Assembly (NCBI GenBank): GCA_945889325.1 | Contig: CAMDBH010000002.1 | Location: forward strand, 39,242 to 103,241 | Direction of reading: 5' to 3' | Length of the DNA: 64,000 bases | From: Klebsiella pneumoniae | GTDB taxonomy: Bacteria; Myxococcota_A; UBA9042 | Shown here: positions 58,303 through 64,000 of the stretch, one piece after another | How positions within the stretch are numbered: the stretch's first letter is position 1 | How the letters are laid out: every line of letters starts with the position of its first letter | Made by a program: the position numbers and the translations under genes | Notes under the pieces: model-generated | What the model was told of the DNA's origin: nothing | Databases searched by the model: none | The model's input: the letters and a program-made list of their open reading frames with translations, nothing else

Positions 58303-60561
58303 TCAGCGCGGCCGCAGGATCTCTTGCGGTCGTTGGTAAACGCTCAGGATCGGTACACCGTCGATCGCCGATTGATCAACCGGCACCGTGGATTGATAGC
58401 TTTGCCACAACTCGAGTTCATAATCGTCGTGATCTTTTTGATGGTGGTACGTTCCGAGCGCTGAATGTTCGCTCGCTTCTGTCGTGTAGCGCAGGTCGCG
58501 GCGCAGCCAGCCTTCGCGCAGGTACATCGCGTAGGCGCCCCAAGCCGATTTGTGAAACCATATCGTGCTGTTAGGCGGTGCGCGTTTGTTGATTTCGGCC
58601 AAACCTTCGCGCGTGGATCCACCCCAAAATTGCCGCTGCATTTGCGCTTGCGCCGCACCGCGCACGCCGCCAATCAATTCATTGTAGTACGCGCTGCCGT
58701 CGGGGTGGACGTCCGCCGTCGCTTGCGCCGCCGGAAGCAGCACGATCAAGATCAACAGCAGCGAGGCAAAAGCGGGAACCAGGGTTTGCCGCCACCACGC
58801 CGGGCGGTTGTTCGGCAAAAGTGGCACCCAATGGCCGCTGACCGGATCGACGGCGCTCAAATCGGGAGGGGCAAAAAGCGCAGCCCAAACAAAATGCAAC
58901 CCGCGCGCCGCGATGAGCAACATGAATGGATACGCGACCATCCAATGCTTGGTGCCGCCAAAAATGGGCGTGCCGGGCAAAGAGATCAACGCCATGGGCC
59001 ACACAACCGACAGCACAAGCAGGCGATCAAACGACCGCTGCTCGGCGCCCAGATCGGCCACGGCTGTGCGGGCGGCGTCTGGCGGCACAACCGCGCGCTC
59101 GCGGCGAAAATGGGCCACCGATCGCGCGGCAAACACGCACAGGCCAAGGACAAAAGGTGCCAACAGCGTAATGGGCCAAGTAAGGGCCGTCATCACCCAT
59201 GAGAACGAAGTCGGAAACGGCGGGTAGGCCAAAATCCGCCCGAAATACTGCTGCATGTAATGTTCATGGTGCAAATGGAATTCGATCCAGTGCAGCAAAT
59301 TGTCCAGCGTGTCGACCCACAACAGCGGCCAACCAACCACCAAGATGACGGCACCTACAGGCAACATAAGGAAAAAAGCGGTCGGTACCGGCGGCAGACA
59401 CAAGCTGAAAACCTGAGCCATGACCAGCACACCAACGGCCAGCGCGGCGAGCGGATGCACAAGCCACCCCAAGATCGCCGCCAAAAGCACAAGCAGAACA
59501 AGCCTTTTTAGCTGCTGGCGCTCGATTTTGGCCATCGCCAATTGGATTCTACCCTCAGCGGCCGCGTCCCAGAGCCAGTGCAGTAGCAAAGGCACCGGCA
59601 AGAATAGGGCGTTGTGCTTGGCCAACAGGGAAATACCCCACAATATCGCTGTAGGCCACAGCCAAGCCCGCGAACGCAGGGCGCGATGCCACATCAGCGT
59701 AGTCACAAACAGCAGCGCCGTGATCGTTGTGTCAAAGGCGCACAAATGTGCGTGCCAAAACGGTTGAGGAATGCACAGATAGCCCACACCAGCGGCGACC
59801 GCGAATGGGCGAGCGACTTGGCCGTAACCCGTTGACGTTTCGCGGCTCGCGAACAACAAGCGCGCCGCCAAATACAAAAATGCGACGAGCAAGCTGGCAA
59901 AAACCGCATTTGGAAAGCGCAACGCCGCGGATTCAGACAGGACGTAACTCAAGCGCGTTTCGACAAATTCGCAACCGGTGCGCAAATACAGTTCGCCGTC
60001 CAAGGTGCCGGGGGCCTGGCAACGTGCGGTAAGTTTGGCTAAATCGGTGCCGCCCTCCAATCGGATGCTCGCGCGGCCGGAAGTACGCTCGACGACTTCA
60101 CCCTGCGCGAGGCGGCGGTTTTTGGGGTCCGGCGACAGATCGCCGAGCTGCGGTTTGAGCAGCGCGACTTTGGCACCGACCGCAAAACCATGTGTCGGCG
60201 CCAGCTGTTGCACGTCGGCGAATACTTCCTGATCGTCCAAGTGGAAATTGGCCGCCGGGCGCAGTTTGCGGCCCAGCGTGCGCCAAGACAGCCCAAAAAG
60301 GATTTTGTCCAGAGGTGGATGTTCGGCATTCTGATGCCAAGTGCCCAGAATTTCAGCGCGTTGCAGGGCGAGCTTGCGCTCGGATTTGCCGGCAGTTAGG
60401 CGATAAAACCACTCCGAATACGTTTCGGCGTGGCCGAAATAGAAGGCTTCATCGCGCACAAAGCCCATGTCGTTGGTCGCGACCAAAACGCTGAGCGACG
60501 CGACAAAAAGGGCCGCGGCGACGAGATAATCTGTGAAATTGTTGCGCTCGACATGCGCCAT
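58303..60561 (-). CDS. GT-C fold glycosyltransferase (GT39/ArnT/PMT-like)
   Basis: GFVRDEAFY, EHPPLDK, SESAALRFP, LLAKHNA, many TM helices, YYNELIGG. Confidence 0.82.
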   Translation of the reverse strand: MAHVERNNFTDYLVAAALFVASLSVLVATNDMGFVRDEAFYFGHAETYSEWFYRLTAGKSERKLALQRAEILGTWHQNAEHPPLDKILFGLSWRTLGRKLRPAANFHLDDQEVFADVQQLAPTHGFAVGAKVALLKPQLGDLSPDPKNRRLAQGEVVERTSGRASIRLEGGTDLAKLTARCQAPGTLDGELYLRTGCEFVETRLSYVLSESAALRFPNAVFASLLVAFLYLAARLLFASRETSTGYGQVARPFAVAAGVGYLCIPQPFWHAHLCAFDTTITALLFVTTLMWHRALRSRAWLWPTAILWGISLLAKHNALFLPVPLLLHWLWDAAAEGRIQLAMAKIERQQLKRLVLLVLLAAILGWLVHPLAALAVGVLVMAQVFSLCLPPVPTAFFLMLPVGAVILVVGWPLLWVDTLDNLLHWIEFHLHHEHYMQQYFGRILAYPPFPTSFSWVMTALTWPITLLAPFVLGLCVFAARSVAHFRRERAVVPPDAARTAVADLGAEQRSFDRLLVLSVVWPMALISLPGTPIFGGTKHWMVAYPFMLLIAARGLHFVWAALFAPPDLSAVDPVSGHWVPLLPNNRPAWWRQTLVPAFASLLLILIVLLPAAQATADVHPDGSAYYNELIGGVRGAAQAQMQRQFWGGSTREGLAEINKRAPPNSTIWFHKSAWGAYAMYLREGWLRRDLRYTTEASEHSALGTYHHQKDHDDYELELWQSYQSTVPVDQSAIDGVPILSVYQRPQEILRPR

Positions 60562-60589
60562 CCGCATTTGCTCCAGAAGATGAGATCAA

Positions 60590-62017
60590 TCAAGGTTCTT
60601 CGGCGTCGGGCTCGTCGTCTTCACCCGGTTTGGGCGCAATGAGGCTGTATTTTCTGGCCAAGCGCCTAAAATGCTTGCGATCGACTTCCGCCTCGCGCGC
60701 CGCTTGACTCAAGTTACCGGAATGTCGGGTCAAAAGTGCTGCTAGGTATTCTTTCTCAAACGCACCAAGCCAAGTCTCCTTGGCCACTTTGAACGTCGAG
60801 TCCGACATCAGCGGCGCAGCGGTGTTGCCGCGCACCGGTTCGGTGGGGTGAAATTCGGCCTTGCGCGCGCGTGCCGGCCCATAACCTGCGATGTGATCTG
60901 GCAAATCTTCCAGCTGAATCAAATCACCTTCGGCAAACGAGCAGGCCCTCTCGATGACGTTGCCCAGTTCTCGCACATTGCCCGGCCAATCGTAGGCCAT
61001 GAGCGCATTGTTGGTATCGGACGCTATGCCTTTGACACGTTGGGCATTTTCACTGGCAGCACCGATGCGGTTGAAAGGCGCCGTTTTGAGCATGTGATGC
61101 ACAAGTAGCTGAATATCCTGCTTGCGTTCGCGCAGCGGCGGCAACTTGAGGCGCACAACGCCCAGACGGTAAAACAGATCTTCGCGAAATCGCCCTGCTT
61201 TGACTTCCGCCACCAGATCGCGGTTGGTCGCGGCGATCACGCGCACGTCGATCTTGATCGGCCGGTTGCCGCCGACGCGGCGCACCTCACGTTGTTCAAG
61301 CGCGCGCAACAGCTTGGGCTGCAAATCCAAAGCCAATTCGCCGATTTCATCCAAAAATATGGTGCCGCCCTGGGCCATTTCAAACAGGCCCTGACGCGAG
61401 GCCAGCGCGCCGGTGAAACTGCCCTTTTCATGGCCAAATAGCTCAGATTCGATCAGATTTTGTTGGACGGCGCCGCAGTCGAACACGATAAATGTCTGGT
61501 TTGCCCGCTGCGAGCACTGGTGAATCGTGCGCGCCACGACCTCCTTGCCAGTGCCGGTTTCACCTTCAAGAACAACAGTCGCCCCCGTCGGCGCGATTTT
61601 TTCAATCACGGCCATCATGCGCCGCATCGATTCCGATCGCCCGACGATGCCGCGCAAGCTTTCACTGGAACTGGGTTGAATATCTACTTTTTCGCTGACA
61701 ACGGAGAAGCGAAACTGGGTATTGCCCAAGCGAATCGGCGTGCCGCTTTTAAGCCACGCATCGCGTACCCGCACGCCTTTGACCCAAGTGCCCGTGGCCG
61801 ACTTGAGATCTTCAATGTGAAAGTCGTCACCTTCCATAAAAATTCTGGCGTGATAGCGACTGACACGGTCGTCGTCGACCACCAGATCGTTGTCTTCCAT
61901 CGCGCCCAAAGTAACGCTGGGCGTATCAAAAATGTACTCAGCGACCGTGCCATCGGCATCTGTGCGGATCAGACGGCTGCGGCGAATGGTGACGGAAGTA
62001 GTAAAGGTTTCCGACAC
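60590..62017 (-). CDS. Sigma54-dependent enhancer-binding protein with N-terminal FHA and C-terminal Fis HTH
   Basis: [12 protein letters not shown] motif; [46 protein letters not shown]. Confidence 0.95.
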   Translation of the reverse strand: MSETFTTSVTIRRSRLIRTDADGTVAEYIFDTPSVTLGAMEDNDLVVDDDRVSRYHARIFMEGDDFHIEDLKSATGTWVKGVRVRDAWLKSGTPIRLGNTQFRFSVVSEKVDIQPSSSESLRGIVGRSESMRRMMAVIEKIAPTGATVVLEGETGTGKEVVARTIHQCSQRANQTFIVFDCGAVQQNLIESELFGHEKGSFTGALASRQGLFEMAQGGTIFLDEIGELALDLQPKLLRALEQREVRRVGGNRPIKIDVRVIAATNRDLVAEVKAGRFREDLFYRLGVVRLKLPPLRERKQDIQLLVHHMLKTAPFNRIGAASENAQRVKGIASDTNNALMAYDWPGNVRELGNVIERACSFAEGDLIQLEDLPDHIAGYGPARARKAEFHPTEPVRGNTAAPLMSDSTFKVAKETWLGAFEKEYLAALLTRHSGNLSQAAREAEVDRKHFRRLARKYSLIAPKPGEDDEPDAEEP

Positions 62018-62060
62018 TTAACCTCTTGAACTCACTGTAGGCGCTCGCGTTGCTCGACAC

Positions 62061-62100
62061 CATCTGGCGTTACTTTTAAGCATCTGGCGTTACTTTTAAG
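62061..62100. repeat. Perfect 20-bp tandem duplication
   Basis: catctggcgttacttttaag x2. Confidence 0.95.
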
Positions 62101-62113
62101 CCGGGCTTTGGCC

Positions 62114-62536
62114 CTACATTTCGAACGAAGTCATGCGCTGGCGACGTTTTTCGTACATTTTTTCAACGTGTTCCTGCTTTTCTTTGCAGTCGATGCACAA
62201 ATTGGCTTCAGGTCTGGCGACCAATCGCGCAGAACCGATGTAATTTTCGCACTCTTCGCACAAATTGTAGTCACCGCTTTCAATGCGCCGCAGGGCCTTG
62301 TCGATTTTCTTGAGCAATGTCGCGTCGCGGTCGCGCAGCCGAAATTCAAACGCCTGATCGTAGCCGACAGACGACAAATCCATTTCATCGGCCACGCGCA
62401 ATTCATCGGGATCTTGGTTGTGTTCGGCGCTGCGCACCGCCTGCAGGATGCGCTCGCGCTTCTCAACCAGCGACAAACGTTGCAGTTCAATCTCTGGTTC
62501 TGTCAGCGGTACCAATTCTAATGTTGATTCTGGCAT
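62114..62536 (-). CDS. dksA: DksA/TraR C4-type zinc finger protein
   Basis: Coiled-coil tip DEMDLS; RLRDRDATLLKKIDKALRRI; CEEC...CIDC; RBS GGAGG. Confidence 0.85.
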   Translation of the reverse strand: MPESTLELVPLTEPEIELQRLSLVEKRERILQAVRSAEHNQDPDELRVADEMDLSSVGYDQAFEFRLRDRDATLLKKIDKALRRIESGDYNLCEECENYIGSARLVARPEANLCIDCKEKQEHVEKMYEKRRQRMTSFEM

Positions 62537-62774
62537 GACGGCCTCCTACGCACACTTTGAATGTTGAAGCACTTTTGCGGTCAACTATATGATATTGCAA
62601 ACTGTTCCCGCACAGCCCGCGGCAAACCCGTGGGGCAGAAAAATAGCAGCGCCCCCTGCTTTATTCCGCGCCGGGTGCCGTTTGCGATTCAAATTGATGC
62701 GGCACCGGTGTTGGCGATTGTAGGGCCGCGGACCGCTTAGGGTCAATAGCAAGTTGCAGCCGAAATCTCGGGCA

Positions 62775-63671
62775 CTACAACCCGTGCGGCGTAGATTTAT
62801 GCCATACCGCGGCCAAATCCATGGCCCAAGCCACCGCAACGTGAATGGTTACGCCACCCCAGATGCTGCGGGTATCCATGGCCAGCGTGCCCAAAACCAT
62901 GCCGGCAACAATGGAGCCGAGGCATTCCGGCAGCGGTTTGCCAAAATGAATCATGCAGTACGGGATCATCATGACCAAAGTCGCCATCGAGCCGAATTCA
63001 CCCGCCATGCCGCGCAGCATGAAACCGCGAAAAAAGAATTCGAGCGAAAAGAATTGCAAGCCATAACCCAGCTCCCAGATGAGCAAATCCGGCCAACCTT
63101 GGTGCGGATCGTAAAATGGATACTGGCGCAAAAACTCGGGCGTGTTGGCGACCAACAGCACCAGCAGGCCGACAGGCAGGAAAAGCAAAGCATAAACAGG
63201 CAGATGACTTAGGTACTCGCGCGGCGCTAGATAGGCATCGCGCAAACGCTCGCCAAAAACGGTGCGCATCACCAGGGCGGGGACGGCAAAATAACAGGCA
63301 AAACAGCCCAGCGACCACGACAAATTGACCAACAAACGCTGGTAGCGCGTCAGAATTTCCGCCAGATGGCTGGAAAACATCGCCGCGACATCTATGAAAG
63401 TACGCGCAACACCGTTTTGAACCTCATGATCCATCACGATAAAACGCAGCATGACCAGCATGAGCGCAGCCGTGAGCGAAGTGACAATCGCGGCTTGGCG
63501 CGCGGGCATCCGCCCCACCGGCTGCCCGCGATCGCGCGCGTCGACGCGCTGCCACGCCTGCACAAAAAACGTTTGCAGCAGCCAGTGCAGCCACTGCCCG
63601 GGCGATCGCCGCGGCGGTGTTGGCTCAGGCGGGTCCAGCGGCAGTTCATCGGGCGTGGAAAAATCGGTCAT
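62775..63671 (-). CDS. CPBP/Rce1-like intramembrane glutamic endopeptidase
   Basis: [30 protein letters not shown]; multiple TM helices. Confidence 0.85.
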   Translation of the reverse strand: MTDFSTPDELPLDPPEPTPPRRSPGQWLHWLLQTFFVQAWQRVDARDRGQPVGRMPARQAAIVTSLTAALMLVMLRFIVMDHEVQNGVARTFIDVAAMFSSHLAEILTRYQRLLVNLSWSLGCFACYFAVPALVMRTVFGERLRDAYLAPREYLSHLPVYALLFLPVGLLVLLVANTPEFLRQYPFYDPHQGWPDLLIWELGYGLQFFSLEFFFRGFMLRGMAGEFGSMATLVMMIPYCMIHFGKPLPECLGSIVAGMVLGTLAMDTRSIWGGVTIHVAVAWAMDLAAVWHKSTPHGL

Positions 63672-63822
63672 CGTTTCTTTTGTGCAAGTGTCACATGTTG
63701 TGGCGCAGGCGCTTTACAAAGAATTCGCGGCGATGTCCATCGCTGGGTTGTTTGGGCTGGCAACGCAGCGGCGGCAGCGCTATGATTCGCGCAGGCGGCA
63801 GGCGCCGACGTTGGCAACTACC

Positions 63823-64000
63823 GTGCAAATTCATAGTGATAGCGGCGCGCACCCGCTCATTGCCCCGCTCAACGCCGACCAGCGGCAGGCGGTTTTGCAA
63901 ACGGACGGGCCGATTTTGGTTCTTGCGGGCGCGGGATCGGGCAAAACTCGGGTGATCACGCACAAGATCGCGTGGCTGATCGAACAGTGCGGCGTGCCGG
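63823..64000 (+). CDS. uvrD: UvrD/PcrA/Rep helicase, 5' part (runs off the window)
   Basis: Manual translation gives [38 protein letters not shown]. Start is GTG 63823 or ATG 63733. Confidence 0.85.
   Translation, partial: MQIHSDSGAHPLIAPLNADQRQAVLQTDGPILVLAGAGSGKTRVITHKIAWLIEQCGVP

Noticed and set aside
1..64000. rRNA, tRNA, transposase or integrase genes
   Set aside because: None recognised by eye; a tRNAscan/Infernal run would be needed to exclude small RNAs.

Overview
This is a 64-kb gene-dense chromosomal segment from a GC-rich bacterium. A MYXO-CTERM-type tail, an FHA-sigma54 activator, a TIGR04551-like barrel and many Cys-rich lipoproteins point to Myxococcota or a related deltaproteobacterial lineage. 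Housekeeping genes (recO, serA, mpl, rpsA, deaD, nnr, pdxJ, glmM, mutY, dksA-like, the 5' end of uvrD/pcrA) are interleaved with many envelope and surface genes. I found no rRNA, tRNA, CRISPR array or transposase. The most unusual locus is 11.3-16.3 kb. An Afp15/Pvc15-like AAA+ ATPase there starts with about 60 residues that align without gaps to the N-terminal H2TH domain of ribosomal protein uS13. It is followed by an 89-aa protein resembling eukaryotic protein C10 (C12orf57), and it sits divergent from a tandem pair of MBL-fold hydrolases, one of which has lost its metal ligands. Other notable items are three tandem Cys-rich beta-sandwich lipoproteins behind an outer-membrane barrel, a LolC/E-like permease with large insertions, a frameshifted DUF6036-like nucleotidyltransferase pair, and a hairpin-rich intergenic region. 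All family calls come from motif recognition by eye; no searches were run.
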